This document shows, in pieces, positions 1-11,253 of a DNA stretch of 64,000 nt. The notes under the pieces were generated by a model that made no database searches, had not been told where the DNA came from, and saw only the letters and a list, made by a program, of their open reading frames with translations. Every line of letters begins with the position of its first letter. The stretch's first letter is position 1. Origin of the DNA: Owenweeksia sp. (lineage in GTDB: Bacteria; Bacteroidota; Bacteroidia; Flavobacteriales; Schleiferiaceae); NCBI GenBank assembly GCA_048267305.1, contig JBLWXT010000011.1, positions 65,453 through 129,452 of the forward strand, written 5' to 3'. The position numbers were made by a program, and so were the translations under genes.

Positions 1-273
1 CTTGAAAATACCCTTCTTATTCCTCAGAAAACAACTTTTGAGGTGCTGGACAAACGCTATGTTTTTGTAGTGGACGAAAACGGTGTATTGCACTCAAGGG
101 AAATCTCCGTACAGGCAGAAATGCCGCACATCTACGCAATATCCGGGGGCTTGAAGGAGAACGATAAGATTTTGCTGGAGGGCTTGCGTTTGGTACGCGA
201 AAATGGCAAAATCGAATACGAATTTGTGTCGCCCGAAAAGGCTCTTGGCGATTTGGATCTATACGCTGAATAA
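1..273 (+). CDS. RND efflux periplasmic adaptor (membrane fusion protein), C-terminal fragment; 5' end outside window
   Basis: Frame 1 is open from base 1 (LENTLLIPQKTTFEVLDKRYVFVVDENG...). It sits directly upstream of the RND pump and outer-membrane factor genes. Confidence 0.75.
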   Translation, partial: LENTLLIPQKTTFEVLDKRYVFVVDENGVLHSREISVQAEMPHIYAISGGLKENDKILLEGLRLVRENGKIEYEFVSPEKALGDLDLYAE

Positions 274-296
274 TCAAAATCTTAAAAGAAGAAGTT

Positions 297-3200
297 ATGT
301 TCAGTAAATTCATTCGCAGACCTGTATTGGCTATCGTTATTTCTATCATGATTGTGTTTGTGGGCTCCCTGGCTATTAGGCAGTTGCCCATTTCTCAGTT
401 TCCACAAATTGCTCCTACCACGGTAAGCATATTTATAGCCTATCCTGGTGCCAGTGCTGATGTACTGGTGAAATCCACGCTTATTACACTGGAGAATTCC
501 ATCAATGGTGTACAGGATATGCGCTATATGGCTACAGATGCCACAAGTGCAGGTGAGGCTACGATCAACGTCATATTTGAGCCCGGAACAGACCCCAATC
601 AGGCGGTTATCCGGGTAAAAACAAGGGTGGATCAGGTGATGCCGCTATTGCCGGAGCTGGTGCAGCGTGAAGGTGTGGTTATTACACCCATTCAGCCCAG
701 TATGTTGATGTATGTCAATCTGTATTCGGAAAATGAAAGCATGGATGAAAAGTTCCTGTACAACTATGCTAACGTAAATATGATCCCCGAGCTCAATAGG
801 ATAAAGGGGGTGGCAAGATCGCAGATTCTCGGCAGCCGTACCTATGCCATGAGATTGTGGCTAAACCCCGATCGGATGAGGGCCTATCACATTTCGGTGG
901 AGGAAGTGATGGAGGCCCTGGCTGAACAGAGTATTGTAGGCCGTCCCGGTAGAGTAGGGCAAAGCTCCGGTATTGCTGCCCAGTCGTTGGAATATGTACT
1001 TACCTATAAGGGTAGGTTTAATGAGCCGGAGCAATATGAAAACCTGATCATTCGTGCCAATTCTGAAGGTGAAAGTATCCGTTTAAAGGATATTGGTAAA
1101 GCGGAGCTGGGCAGTGAGTTTTTTGATATCTACTCCAATTTGGATGGAAAGCCCTCGGCAGCAATTGTGCTCAAGCAGAATTATGGCAGTAATGCCAGTG
1201 ATGTTATAGCTCAGGTGAAAACTCAGTTGGAGGATATGAAGGCCAGTTTCCCTCCCGGGATGGATTATAAAATCAGTTATGATGTGTCAAAGTTTTTGGA
1301 TGCATCTATTGAACAGGTGGTGCATACGCTGCGCGATGCCCTTATACTGGTAGCACTGGTAGTATTCATTTTCCTGGGAGACTGGCGCTCTACCTTGATA
1401 CCTATCCTGGCGGTACCAGTATCCTTAGTGGGGGCATTTTTTGTCTTTCAGTTTTTTGGACTTTCCATAAATCTCGTTACTCTGTTTGCATTGGTATTGG
1501 CCATAGGTATAGTAGTGGACAATGCCATTGTTGTTGTGGAGGGCGTACATGCCAAATTTGAGGAGGAGCCGGATATTACACCTTATCAGGCAGTTAAAAA
1601 GGTACTTGCCGAAATCAGTGGAGCCATCATTGCCATTACACTGGTAATGGTTGCCGTATTTATCCCATTGATATTTATGACCGGGCCTACAGGTGTTTTT
1701 TATCGGCAGTTTTCCATCACTATGGCCACTTCCATTGTGCTTTCCGGTATAGTGGCACTTACTCTTACCCCGGTACTTTGCGCCATGTTGCTCAAAAATG
1801 AACATGGAAAACCCAGGAAGGGAAATCTGCTTACCCGATCTCTGGATAGTTTTAATCGCAGTTTTGATAAAATCACCGGAAGATATGTGAATGTATTGAG
1901 GCGAATAGTGAGCCGAAAATGGTTAACATGGGGGATTTTACTGGCTTTTTGCGTAGGTATATTTTTAGAAAGCAAGGTTCTGCCTTCGGGCTTTATCCCT
2001 AGTGAAGATCAGGGAACCATTTATGCCATTATCCAAACTCCTCCGGGTGCAACCCTCGAGAGAACCAATAAGGTATCTCAACAACTTCAGAAGATTTGTG
2101 AAGAAATAGACGGGGTTGAGTCGGTGTCTTCTTTAGCGGGATATGAAATTATGACCGAAGGTCGTGGGTCTAATGCCGGCACTTGCCTTATCAACCTTAA
2201 GCCATGGTCGGAGCGTGAACATTCCGTAAATGAAATAATGGAAGAACTGGAGGAGGAATCCAAGGGTTTGGGTGCGGTGATCGAGTTTTTTGAGCCACCA
2301 GCCATTCCAGGCTTTGGGTCTTCAGGTGGTTTCTCCATGCGATTGCTGGAAAAAACAGCCAATACCGATTATCAGGAGTTTGATAGAATAAACAAGAAGT
2401 TTATGGATGACCTTGGTAAGCGTAAGGAGCTTTCAGGCTTGTTTACCTTTTTTGCTGCAAACTATCCCCAATATGAGCTGGAAATAGATAATGACCTGGC
2501 TATGCAAAAAGGTGTGTCCATTGGCAAGGCCATGGAGAATCTGAACATATTGATAGGTAGTACATACGAGCAGGGCTTTATCAAGTTTGGACGTTTTTTC
2601 AAGGTGTATGTCCAGTCTGATCCCAAATTCAGAAGGCTGCCAACGGATGTTTTAAAATTGTTTGTAAAGAATGATCATGGCGAAATGGTGCCATATTCAG
2701 CTTTTATGAAAATGATAAAAACGCAGGGCCCTAACGAGGTTACCCGCTATAATATGTACAATTCAGCCTCCATTCGTGGTCTGCCGGCTAAGGGCTACAC
2801 TACGGCAGATGCCATCGAGGCCATACGCGAAGTAGCAAAGGAATCCCTGCCAAAGGGATACGACATCGCCTGGGAGGGACTTTCATATGACGAATCTATT
2901 CAGGGTAATGAATCGATATTCATTTTTATCATCGTATTGGTGTTTGTGTATTTTGTGTTGGCCGCTCAGTACGAGAGTTTCATTATCCCGCTGGCCGTGG
3001 TATTCTCACTGCCGGTAGGAGTTTTCGGTTCGTTTATGCTACTTAAGCTTATGGGCCTTGATAATGACATTTATGCTCAAATTGGTATCATAATGTTGAT
3101 TGGCCTCCTGGGTAAAAATGCGGTGCTGATTGTTGAGTTTGCCGTTCAAAAAAGGCAACAGGGGCTCTCTATTTTAGATGCAGCCATAGAAGGTGCCAAA

Positions 3201-3554
3201 GTGCGTTTTCGCCCTATTTTGATGACCTCCTTCGCTTTTATTGCAGGCTTAATTCCGTTGATTATCGCTACCGGAGCAGGTGCCGTAGGTAACCGTACCA
3301 TTGGGGCTTCTGCCTTGGGTGGTATGTTGTTCGGAACTGTATTCGGAGTAATTATAGTGCCCGGATTGTACTTCATTTTTGGGAGCCTGGCCGATGGTAG
3401 ACAGCTTATTCAGTTTGAAGAGGAAGGTACTCTTACAGAGAGTTTGGTGCATCCGGGTGTGGATGAAAAAACATCTAATAAACTCAGGAGAATGAGAACC
3501 CTCATAAAGTTGATGCGGAGAAGAATGAAACGGGGAAACTCTAAAAATGATTAA
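297..3554 (+). CDS. RND multidrug efflux transporter permease (AcrB/HAE1-like)
   Basis: 1085 aa. Two large periplasmic loops alternate with hydrophobic TM bundles. Typical segments are GIVVDNAIVVVEG and GLLGKNAVLIVEFA. Confidence 0.95.
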   Translation: MFSKFIRRPVLAIVISIMIVFVGSLAIRQLPISQFPQIAPTTVSIFIAYPGASADVLVKSTLITLENSINGVQDMRYMATDATSAGEATINVIFEPGTDPNQAVIRVKTRVDQVMPLLPELVQREGVVITPIQPSMLMYVNLYSENESMDEKFLYNYANVNMIPELNRIKGVARSQILGSRTYAMRLWLNPDRMRAYHISVEEVMEALAEQSIVGRPGRVGQSSGIAAQSLEYVLTYKGRFNEPEQYENLIIRANSEGESIRLKDIGKAELGSEFFDIYSNLDGKPSAAIVLKQNYGSNASDVIAQVKTQLEDMKASFPPGMDYKISYDVSKFLDASIEQVVHTLRDALILVALVVFIFLGDWRSTLIPILAVPVSLVGAFFVFQFFGLSINLVTLFALVLAIGIVVDNAIVVVEGVHAKFEEEPDITPYQAVKKVLAEISGAIIAITLVMVAVFIPLIFMTGPTGVFYRQFSITMATSIVLSGIVALTLTPVLCAMLLKNEHGKPRKGNLLTRSLDSFNRSFDKITGRYVNVLRRIVSRKWLTWGILLAFCVGIFLESKVLPSGFIPSEDQGTIYAIIQTPPGATLERTNKVSQQLQKICEEIDGVESVSSLAGYEIMTEGRGSNAGTCLINLKPWSEREHSVNEIMEELEEESKGLGAVIEFFEPPAIPGFGSSGGFSMRLLEKTANTDYQEFDRINKKFMDDLGKRKELSGLFTFFAANYPQYELEIDNDLAMQKGVSIGKAMENLNILIGSTYEQGFIKFGRFFKVYVQSDPKFRRLPTDVLKLFVKNDHGEMVPYSAFMKMIKTQGPNEVTRYNMYNSASIRGLPAKGYTTADAIEAIREVAKESLPKGYDIAWEGLSYDESIQGNESIFIFIIVLVFVYFVLAAQYESFIIPLAVVFSLPVGVFGSFMLLKLMGLDNDIYAQIGIIMLIGLLGKNAVLIVEFAVQKRQQGLSILDAAIEGAKVRFRPILMTSFAFIAGLIPLIIATGAGAVGNRTIGASALGGMLFGTVFGVIIVPGLYFIFGSLADGRQLIQFEEEGTLTESLVHPGVDEKTSNKLRRMRTLIKLMRRRMKRGNSKND

Positions 3555-3557
3555 GCG

Positions 3558-5006
3558 ATGAAACTGCAATATATGTTTAAGAAAACCAATTATTTTGGAA
3601 TAGGTTTGGCCTTCGTGTTTTTATCCCTTACGGGATGTAAAACCTTTGATGTGGCTACTAAAACGGCAAACCCAAAGGTGCCTGAGAGTTATGTCAACTC
3701 TCAGGATACTGTGAATACGGCCAGGGTGCAGTGGAAGGATTATTTTACTGATCCCTATCTGAATGCTCTGATTGATACAGCCCTTAAAAATAACCAGGAG
3801 CTGAATATCACTTTACAGGAAATGGAGATTGCGAGAAATGAGGTTAGAGCCAAAAGAGGTGAGTATCTGCCATCTGTTGGATTGCGGGGCGCAGCCGGTT
3901 TAGATAAAGTTGGCCGATATACCCGAAATGGAGCGCTTGAGGCTACTACGGATATTGAACCTGGCAAGGAATTTCCCGAACCTCTGGGAGATTATATGCT
4001 AGGCGCTTTTGCATCATGGGAAGTGGATATTTGGCATAAACTGCGAAATGCCAAAAAATCGGCAGTGGCCAGATACCTTGGGAGCATTGAGGGTAAGAAC
4101 TTTATGGTTACAAACCTTGTGGCTGAAATTGCCAATTCGTACTACGAACTACTGGCGCTTGATAATGAGCTGGAAATAGTAAGGCAGAACATCGAAATAC
4201 AGAGTAATGCACTGCGCATTGTTAAGATGCAAAAGCGGGCGGCACGTGTTACGGAGTTGGCTGTAACCAGGTTTGAAGCTCAGGTTTTAAATACCAAAGG
4301 TTTACAGTACGAGATTCAGCAGGAAATTACAGAAACCGAGAACAAGATTAATTTTTTGTTGGGGAGGTATCCCCAGCCTATCCTTCGTGATTCAGAAAAT
4401 TTTATAAAGCTGAAGCCCGATACTGTTTATGCAGGCATCCCGTCACAATTGCTGGAAAACCGCCCGGATATCAGGCAGGCCGAACTTGATTTGGTAGCAG
4501 CCAAGCTGGATGTGAAAGTGGCAAAAGCCCAATTTTATCCATCGCTTGATCTTAATGCAGGCGTAGGTTTACAGGCTTTTAATCCCACCTATTTGGTGCA
4601 AACACCACAATCGCTGCTTTATTCCCTTGCGGGTGATTTAAGTGCTCCGCTGATCAACCGTAATGCGATAAAGGCCATGTATTACAGTGCCAATGCCCAA
4701 CAGATACAGGCTGTTTACAATTACGAGCGAACTATACTTAATGCCTATATAGAAGTGGCTAATCAGCTTTCCAAAATGGGGAATATGAAAAAGAGCTATG
4801 AGCTAAAGGAGCAGGAAGTACAGGCGCTGGCGGAGTCTGTAACGATATCCAACAATCTGTTTAGATCGGCCAGAGCAGACTACATGGAGGTGTTGCTTAC
4901 GCAACGTGAGGCTCTGGAGTCGAGGTTTGACCTTATAGAAACCAGGCAGCAACAAATGAGCGCCTTTGTGCATATGTACCAGGCGCTTGGCGGAGGCTGG
5001 GAATAA
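3558..5006 (+). CDS. Outer-membrane efflux factor lipoprotein (TolC/NodT family)
   Basis: 482 aa with a signal peptide and lipobox (LSLTGC). It has a duplicated coiled-coil/barrel repeat pattern and the C-terminal ALGGGWE typical of the NodT family. It starts 3 nt after the pump gene. Confidence 0.9.
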   Translation: MKLQYMFKKTNYFGIGLAFVFLSLTGCKTFDVATKTANPKVPESYVNSQDTVNTARVQWKDYFTDPYLNALIDTALKNNQELNITLQEMEIARNEVRAKRGEYLPSVGLRGAAGLDKVGRYTRNGALEATTDIEPGKEFPEPLGDYMLGAFASWEVDIWHKLRNAKKSAVARYLGSIEGKNFMVTNLVAEIANSYYELLALDNELEIVRQNIEIQSNALRIVKMQKRAARVTELAVTRFEAQVLNTKGLQYEIQQEITETENKINFLLGRYPQPILRDSENFIKLKPDTVYAGIPSQLLENRPDIRQAELDLVAAKLDVKVAKAQFYPSLDLNAGVGLQAFNPTYLVQTPQSLLYSLAGDLSAPLINRNAIKAMYYSANAQQIQAVYNYERTILNAYIEVANQLSKMGNMKKSYELKEQEVQALAESVTISNNLFRSARADYMEVLLTQREALESRFDLIETRQQQMSAFVHMYQALGGGWE

Positions 5007-5038
5007 GTTTGTTTTTGTTTTGCGTTACATAGTGAAGG

Positions 5039-5067
5039 CCGCCTCGGGAAACCGAGGCGGTTTTTTT
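5039..5067 (+). terminator. Rho-independent terminator of the efflux operon
   Basis: CCGCCTCGG-GAAA-CCGAGGCGG followed by T7. Confidence 0.85.
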
Positions 5068-5206
5068 ATTAATTCCTCCCGCTAAAAGGTCTGCAATTTC
5101 AGGAGCACCTTCGATTGTATGTTTTATGCATGATTTTATTATTTGTGTGAATTATAATTTCACGACAAAACTAAATCGAAAGATACCCCAGGAAATAGAC
5201 AAAGGT

Positions 5207-5524
5207 TCACTTATGGGCATTGCGATATGCAGTAGGGCTTAAACCTGTTTTTGTTTTAAAAATTCTACTGAAGTAATATTCATCCTCAAAGTTCATATCG
5301 AAGGCAATTTGCTTTATGGCCTTTTCGGTGTTGGAAAGGAGCTGCTTGCTATGGTTTATTTGCTTTTGAAGTAATATTTGACAGGGGGGAGGGGCGTTAA
5401 GCTTTTTTGAAATTTTGCTCAAGTACTTTGGTTTAACGTCTAATTGTCTTTCGTAAAAAGCGATGTCGTGCTCTTGGATAAAGTTTTCGTCAATGAGTAT
5501 TTTAAATTTTTCGAGTATGTCCAT
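5207..5524 (-). CDS. AraC-family helix-turn-helix protein, HTH domain only (105 aa)
   Basis: The translation matches only the C-terminal double-HTH of AraC/XylS regulators (..YLSKISKK.., ..IAFDMNFEDEYYFSRIFKTKTGLSPTAYR). There is no room upstream for a sensor domain. Confidence 0.7.
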   Translation of the reverse strand: MDILEKFKILIDENFIQEHDIAFYERQLDVKPKYLSKISKKLNAPPPCQILLQKQINHSKQLLSNTEKAIKQIAFDMNFEDEYYFSRIFKTKTGLSPTAYRNAHK

Positions 5525-5633
5525 TTTTATAATTTTTTACCACTCGTTTATATCGGTAGGTGGCAAATACAAATTCCATCAGGTATTTGTAACCGAAGGC
5601 TAAATGTTTAAGTGTCGGAAACATAATCGTAAC

Positions 5634-5671
5634 AAAAAACCCCAATTTGGTTTAACCAAATTGGGGTTTTT
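5634..5671 (-). terminator. Bidirectional hairpin terminator downstream of rpoD
   Basis: A6-CCCCAATTTGG-TTTAA-CCAAATTGGGG-T5. Confidence 0.8.
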
Positions 5672-5691
5672 ATACTTTCTAAAACTGAAAA

Positions 5692-6555
5692 TTAACCTAA
5701 GTAAGTTTTTAAAATCTTACTTCTGGAGGTGTGCTTCAATCTGCGGATAGCTTTTTCCTTAATCTGACGAACACGTTCGCGGGTAAGATCAAACTTCTCA
5801 CCAATCTCTTCAAGGGTCATTGGATGTTGTCCACCCAATCCAAAGTAAAGGCGTACTACATCACCCTCACGTGGGGTTAAGGTAGCTAGTGAGCGCTCTA
5901 TTTCGGTACGCAGTGAATCCTGCATCAAATCGTCATCCGGGTTAGGGCTGTCTCCTGTATTCAATACATCGTACAGGTTACTATCCTCTCCTTCTACTAA
6001 TGGGGCATCCATAGAAATGTGACGGCCGCTGTTACGCATGCTTTCTTTCACATCATTTTCCCCCATCTCAAGATTATCAGCAATCTCATTGGCAGATGGT
6101 GCACGCTCGTGCTCCTGCTCCAAAGTGGCGTAAGCCTTATTGATTTTGTTGATAGATCCAATTTTGTTTAGCGGAAGCCTAACAATACGCGATTGCTCAG
6201 CCAATGCCTGCAAAATACTTTGACGAATCCACCATACGGCATAAGAAATGAACTTGAAACCACGGGTTTCGTCAAATCTTTGTGCTGCCTTTATCAATCC
6301 AAGGTTTCCTTCATTAATAAGGTCAGGAAGTGTTAAACCCTGATTTTGGTATTGCTTAGCAACGGATACTACAAATCGCAAATTGGCTTTTGTAAGCTTC
6401 TCTAAAGCAACCTGATCGCCTGCTTTGATGCGCTGTGCCAATTCCACCTCCATCTCGGCCGTAATCAGCTCCACCTTACCAATCTCCTGCAAATACTTGT
6501 CAAGCGATGCAGTCTCGCGATTGGTAACCTGTTTCGTGATTTTAAGCTGTCTCAT
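5692..6555 (-). CDS. rpoD: RNA polymerase primary sigma factor (sigma-70 family, Bacteroidota short form)
   Basis: 287 aa. Regions 2-4 are recognisable ([61 protein letters not shown]). Confidence 0.95.
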   Translation of the reverse strand: MRQLKITKQVTNRETASLDKYLQEIGKVELITAEMEVELAQRIKAGDQVALEKLTKANLRFVVSVAKQYQNQGLTLPDLINEGNLGLIKAAQRFDETRGFKFISYAVWWIRQSILQALAEQSRIVRLPLNKIGSINKINKAYATLEQEHERAPSANEIADNLEMGENDVKESMRNSGRHISMDAPLVEGEDSNLYDVLNTGDSPNPDDDLMQDSLRTEIERSLATLTPREGDVVRLYFGLGGQHPMTLEEIGEKFDLTRERVRQIKEKAIRRLKHTSRSKILKTYLG

Positions 6556-6621
6556 ATCTAATTATAATGTACTTAATGCGTTAATAGAACGTCAAAAATC
6601 GATCCTTAGTTCTGGCGTGGA

Positions 6622-8745
6622 CTAATTGTCAGAAGGCTTAGGCAACAAGGCCTTACGGCTTAGTTTCATTTTGCCGCGATCATCAAGCCCGATAAGCTTA
6701 ACATCGATAAGCTGTCCTTCCTTCAACACTTCATCAACAGTTTGTAGCCTGCGGTGTTCGATTTCCGAAATATGAAGTAAACCATCAGTATTTGGGCCAA
6801 TTTCAACAAAAGCTCCATAAGCCTGTATAGACTTTACTTTACCCTGATAAGTGGCGCCTACCTCTGGTACAAAGGCTATAGCCTTAATGCGAGCCATGGC
6901 AAGATCCATGTTCTCACGGTTGGTACCGCTGATTTCAATCATACCCCTATCACCTTCTTCTTCAATAGTGATGGTAGTTTCGGTATCGGCCTGCAGCTTT
7001 TGTATGTTCTTTCCGCCTGGCCCGATGATGGCGCCAATGAAATCCTTAGGGATTTCCATTTTGGCAATCTTGGGGGCATTTGGCTTAACATCTGCGCGAG
7101 GCTCAGAGATGGTTTCCAGAATTTTATTTAGAATATGAAGACGTCCGGCTTTTGATTGCTCAAGGGCATTCTCCAAAATTTCGTACGAAAGTCCCTTTAC
7201 TTTAATGTCCATTTGGCAGGCAGTGATGCCATCCTTGGTACCAGTTACCTTAAAGTCCATATCACCGAGGTGATCCTCATCACCAAGAATATCAGAAAGA
7301 ACGGCATATTTACCGGTATCAGGATCGGTAATCAATCCCATTGCGATTCCGGAAACAGCTTTCTTAAGTTTTACACCGGCATCCATAAGGGCAAGTGAAC
7401 CTGCACATACAGTAGCCATTGAAGAGGAACCATTGGATTCCAAAATATCTGAAACCACACGAATGGTGTAGATGTCATCATCCGGCAACATAACCTTTAG
7501 GGCTCTTTGAGCAAGGTTGCCATGTCCGATTTCCCTGCGGCTTACACCGCGGATAGGGCGGGCCTCACCAGTAGAAAAAGGAGGGAAGTTATAATGAAGG
7601 TAAAAACGTTCTGAACTGGTTTCGGTAACACCATCCCTGCGTTTTTCGTCAAGGCGTGAGCCGAGGGTTACCGTAGTAAGAGATTGTGTTTCTCCACGGG
7701 TAAACACAGCTGAACCATGAGCTCCAGGTAAATAGTCGATTTCTGACCAAATTGGGCGAACCTCATCAAGGGCACGTCCGTCAAGGCGCTGGCTATCATC
7801 AAGAATCATGGCGCGCATGGCCTTGTATTCCACATCGTGATAGTACGTATTGATAAGAGATCCTTTTTCTGCCAATTCTTCTTCAGAGAATCTCTCCTTG
7901 AAGGATTCGCGGATTTCCTTAAATTTTTCTGAGCGTTCGTGCTTCGGAAGACCCGCTTTTGCAACAGCATAAACATCATCGTAGGTAGCCTCTAAAACGG
8001 CTTTCTTCAAATCTTCATCGTGCGTTTCGTGGCTGTATTCTCTTTTTACTTTCGATTTTTCAACTTGTGCCGCAAGAGCTAGCTGAGCATCGATTTGTAC
8101 TTTTATAGCTTCATGACCGAAGGCTATGGCTTCCACCATTTCCTTTTCGGAAATTTCCTTCATCTCACCTTCAACCATCACTACACTTTCTTTGGTAGCA
8201 CCGATCATCATGTCTATGTCAGACTTAGCCATGTCGGTAGGAGAAGGGTTAATCATCAACTTGCCATCTACGCGGCCTACTCTTGCTTCAGACATTGGCC
8301 CGTCAAAAGGAAGGTCGGAAAGGGCAATACAAGCAGAAGCAGCCAAACCACAAAGGGCATCTGGAGATACTTCCGGATCCCAGGATAGAAGGCTTATCAT
8401 CAACTGGATTTCAGCGTGATAATCTTCTGGGAAAAGTGGACGAAGGCAGCGGTCTACCAAACGCATTACTAAAATCTCCTCGTCAGTTGGACGGGCTTCT
8501 CTCTTTAAAAAGCCACCGGGCACGCGGCCAGCAGCAGCAAATTTCTCACGATAATCAACCGTAAGAGGTAAAAAGTCTACGCCTTCCTTGGCTTCTGGTG
8601 AGGAAACAACGGTAGCCAAAAGCATGGTACCACCCATTTTTACAACAACAGAACCATCCGCTTGCTTGGCTAATTTGCCGGTTTCAAGTGTAATGGTTCT
8701 TCCATCTTCTAATTTTATTTCTTGGGTAATGGGATTTGGAATCAT
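6622..8745 (-). CDS. pnp: Polyribonucleotide nucleotidyltransferase (PNPase)
   Basis: 707 aa. It has two RNase PH domains, a KH domain ([12 protein letters not shown]) and an S1 domain (YGAFVEI). Confidence 0.97.
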   Translation of the reverse strand: MIPNPITQEIKLEDGRTITLETGKLAKQADGSVVVKMGGTMLLATVVSSPEAKEGVDFLPLTVDYREKFAAAGRVPGGFLKREARPTDEEILVMRLVDRCLRPLFPEDYHAEIQLMISLLSWDPEVSPDALCGLAASACIALSDLPFDGPMSEARVGRVDGKLMINPSPTDMAKSDIDMMIGATKESVVMVEGEMKEISEKEMVEAIAFGHEAIKVQIDAQLALAAQVEKSKVKREYSHETHDEDLKKAVLEATYDDVYAVAKAGLPKHERSEKFKEIRESFKERFSEEELAEKGSLINTYYHDVEYKAMRAMILDDSQRLDGRALDEVRPIWSEIDYLPGAHGSAVFTRGETQSLTTVTLGSRLDEKRRDGVTETSSERFYLHYNFPPFSTGEARPIRGVSRREIGHGNLAQRALKVMLPDDDIYTIRVVSDILESNGSSSMATVCAGSLALMDAGVKLKKAVSGIAMGLITDPDTGKYAVLSDILGDEDHLGDMDFKVTGTKDGITACQMDIKVKGLSYEILENALEQSKAGRLHILNKILETISEPRADVKPNAPKIAKMEIPKDFIGAIIGPGGKNIQKLQADTETTITIEEEGDRGMIEISGTNRENMDLAMARIKAIAFVPEVGATYQGKVKSIQAYGAFVEIGPNTDGLLHISEIEHRRLQTVDEVLKEGQLIDVKLIGLDDRGKMKLSRKALLPKPSDN

Positions 8746-8775
8746 CTATGTATCTAAAATGTTATGTGTATAAAT

Positions 8776-8811
8776 AAGAAGAAAGGCAATCGGTTAAAAT
8801 TGCCTTTCTTC
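8776..8811 (-). terminator. Hairpin terminator between rpsO and pnp
   Basis: AAGAAGAAAGGCAAT-loop-ATTGCCTTTCTTC. The minus strand has a T-rich tail. Confidence 0.7.
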
Positions 8812-8826
8812 AAGTGTTGCAGCTGA

Positions 8827-9096
8827 TTATTTTCTGATGCCTAGCTCAGCAATAACAGCACGATATCTTGTGATATCTTTATTCTTTAAGTAGTTAAGGA
8901 TTTTTCTTCTCTTTCCTACAAGATCCACCAAAGCTTTTTCGGTGGCAAAATCCTTACGATTATTTTTCAAGTGCTCTGTAAGGTGGTTGATACGGAAGGT
9001 GAAAAGTGCGGCTTGTGATTCTACGGTGCCTGAGTCACTCTCTGATTTCCCGTGTTTTTTGAAGATTTCTCTCTTCTTTTCTGATGTTAAATACAT
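8827..9096 (-). CDS. rpsO: 30S ribosomal protein S15
   Basis: 89 aa, with the typical sequence ...TGSVESQAALFTFRINHLTEHLKNNRKD... Confidence 0.97.
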   Translation of the reverse strand: MYLTSEKKREIFKKHGKSESDSGTVESQAALFTFRINHLTEHLKNNRKDFATEKALVDLVGKRRKILNYLKNKDITRYRAVIAELGIRK

Positions 9097-9141
9097 TCCA
9101 AAATCGCTTTAGATAAATGTTATGCTATAAAAAATGAGGTG

Positions 9142-9149
9142 CAAAAGTA
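9142..9149 (-). promoter_or_regulatory. Candidate Bacteroidota -7 promoter box (TACTTTTG) for rpsO
   Basis: Exact TAnnTTTG on the coding strand, 46-53 nt upstream of the rpsO ATG. Confidence 0.4.
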
Positions 9150-9156
9150 TGAAAAA

Positions 9157-10032
9157 TTATTTTGCAGAAGCTGTTGCCTTTTCATTTTCAGGAACAACCA
9201 TACCTATGAAGGTGCTCATTTTTGCTTTTAAATTTTTACGCTCCGAGATGAAGTCCAAAAATCCGTGCTCCAAAAGGAATTCAGAAGTTTGAAAATCTTC
9301 GGGGAGATCTTTGCCTATGGTTTCCTTTACAATCCGCGGTCCGGCAAATCCGATTAATGCACCTGGCTCGGCAATGTTAATATCGCCCAACATGGCAAAA
9401 GATGCGGTAACACCACCCGTTGTGGGGTCTGTTAATACTGAGATATATGGAACCCCCTGCTTGCTCAACAAGGCCAGTTTAGCACTGGTTTTTGCCATTT
9501 GCATTAATGAAAACGCGGCCTCCATCATACGTGCTCCCCCAGATTTGGAAATCATGATGAAGGTTTTTTTATACTTAATGGAATGATCAATAGCCTTTGC
9601 GATTTTTTCTCCCACCACTGATCCCATTGAACCTCCAATAAAGTTGAAGTTCATACAGGCAATAACCACTTCCGAACCATTCATGCTTCCGTATCCCGTG
9701 GTGACGGCATCTTTCAATCCCGTTTTTTTAACCGCAGCGGTATAGCGATCGATGTACTTCTTGGTATCCTCAAATTTCAGAGGATCTGCAGAAGCCATAT
9801 TGGGGTTAAGTTCAGTGAATTTTCCCTCATCAAACAGTATTGAGAAATACTCAACGGCATTTATACGATCGTGATAACCACAGTTATTACAAACCCAAAG
9901 TGTTTTGGCATGATCCTCCTGAGAGCGGATTACCTTGCACTTGGGGCATTTGTGCCAAAGACCTTCGGGAGTTTCCTTTTTGTCTTTGGTGCTTGTGGTA
10001 ATACCTTCTTTATTTCTTTTGAACCAACCCAT
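9157..10032 (-). CDS. accD: Acetyl-CoA carboxylase carboxyltransferase beta subunit
   Basis: 291 aa. It has an N-terminal Cys4 zinc ribbon (CPKC...CNNC) and a carboxyltransferase domain ([13 protein letters not shown]). Confidence 0.95.
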   Translation of the reverse strand: MGWFKRNKEGITTSTKDKKETPEGLWHKCPKCKVIRSQEDHAKTLWVCNNCGYHDRINAVEYFSILFDEGKFTELNPNMASADPLKFEDTKKYIDRYTAAVKKTGLKDAVTTGYGSMNGSEVVIACMNFNFIGGSMGSVVGEKIAKAIDHSIKYKKTFIMISKSGGARMMEAAFSLMQMAKTSAKLALLSKQGVPYISVLTDPTTGGVTASFAMLGDINIAEPGALIGFAGPRIVKETIGKDLPEDFQTSEFLLEHGFLDFISERKNLKAKMSTFIGMVVPENEKATASAK

Positions 10033-10121
10033 AACTATTTATTTAATAGTGAAGATGTAATATCGAATATTTACGTGATCAACTTTTAAGTACAGGAGCC
10101 CACAAGGGAGGGCCAATACTT

Positions 10122-11186
10122 TTAAGCGATTGTTATTCCCTTGTCAAGATATACGTCCTGAATGGAGTTAAGCAACTTTATTCCTTCCACCATTGGTTTT
10201 TGGAAGGCTTTTCTACCAGAGATCAAACCTTGCCCGCCAGCTCTTTTATTAATTACTGCAGTGCGTATAGCTTCAGCCATATCCGAATCCTTGCTGCCGG
10301 TAGAAGCACCACCGGAGTTAATTAATCCCTGACGGCCCATATAGCAGTTGGCTACCTGATAGCGTGTAAGATCGATAGGGTGCTCGCTTGTAAGTTCGCT
10401 ATAAACCTTATCGTGGGTTTTACCGAAGTTTACTGCGGTATAACCTCCGTTGTTTTCGGGAAGCTTTTGTTTAATGATATCTGCCTGAATGGTTACACCG
10501 AGGTGGTTGGCCTGTCCGGTTAGGTCAGCAGATACATGATAATCTACACCGTCTTTCTTAAACGCATTGTTTCGGGTGTAGCACCAAAGGATGGTGGCCA
10601 TACCAAGCTCATGAGCTCTTTCGAAGGCCATGGCAACTTCCTGAATTTGGCGGGTGGAGTTTTCAGAACCAAAATAGATGGTGGCCCCCACGGCCACAGC
10701 TCCCAGGTTCCAGGCTTCTTCTACTGTACCATACATTACCTGATCGGCTTTGTTGGGGTAAGTAAGTAGTTCGTTGTGGTTAATTTTTACGATAAAGGGA
10801 ATTTTGTGAGCGTATTTGCGTGAAACGCTGGCAAGAACACCATAGGTGGATGCTACGGCATTACAACCACCTTCAATAGCAAGTTTTACAATGTTTTCGC
10901 CATCAAAGTAAATGGGGTTTGGAGCAAATGAAGCGCCAGCACTATGTTCTATACCTTGATCTACAGGTAAAATGGAAACGTATCCGGTATTAGCCAAACG
11001 GCCATTTCCGTAAAGGGCCTGCAGGCTTCTAAGTACTTGTGGGTTTCTGTTGCTATAGCCAAAAGCTCTTTCTACAAAGTCGCCTCCGGGTAAGTGCAGG
11101 CTTTCTTTTGAAATTTTCGGATTGCTAAAGTTGAGTAGGTTTTCAGCATCGTCACCAAGTAGTTGTGAAATGTTTTCGAGATTCAT
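10122..11186 (-). CDS. fbaB: Class I fructose-bisphosphate aldolase (FbaB/DhnA type)
   Basis: 354 aa and collinear with E. coli FbaB as I recall it (VDQGIEH, KINH, DIIKQK). Confidence 0.85.
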   Translation of the reverse strand: MNLENISQLLGDDAENLLNFSNPKISKESLHLPGGDFVERAFGYSNRNPQVLRSLQALYGNGRLANTGYVSILPVDQGIEHSAGASFAPNPIYFDGENIVKLAIEGGCNAVASTYGVLASVSRKYAHKIPFIVKINHNELLTYPNKADQVMYGTVEEAWNLGAVAVGATIYFGSENSTRQIQEVAMAFERAHELGMATILWCYTRNNAFKKDGVDYHVSADLTGQANHLGVTIQADIIKQKLPENNGGYTAVNFGKTHDKVYSELTSEHPIDLTRYQVANCYMGRQGLINSGGASTGSKDSDMAEAIRTAVINKRAGGQGLISGRKAFQKPMVEGIKLLNSIQDVYLDKGITIA

Positions 11187-11228
11187 GAGAGGTAAGTTAA
11201 AGATTAAACCAGTTTAATTTTAGGACGG

Positions 11229-11236
11229 CAAATTTA
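11229..11236 (-). promoter_or_regulatory. Candidate -7 promoter box (TAAATTTG) for fbaB
   Basis: Exact TAnnTTTG, 43-50 nt upstream of the fbaB ATG. Confidence 0.4.
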
Positions 11237-11253
11237 GGATTTTTTAGAACCTA

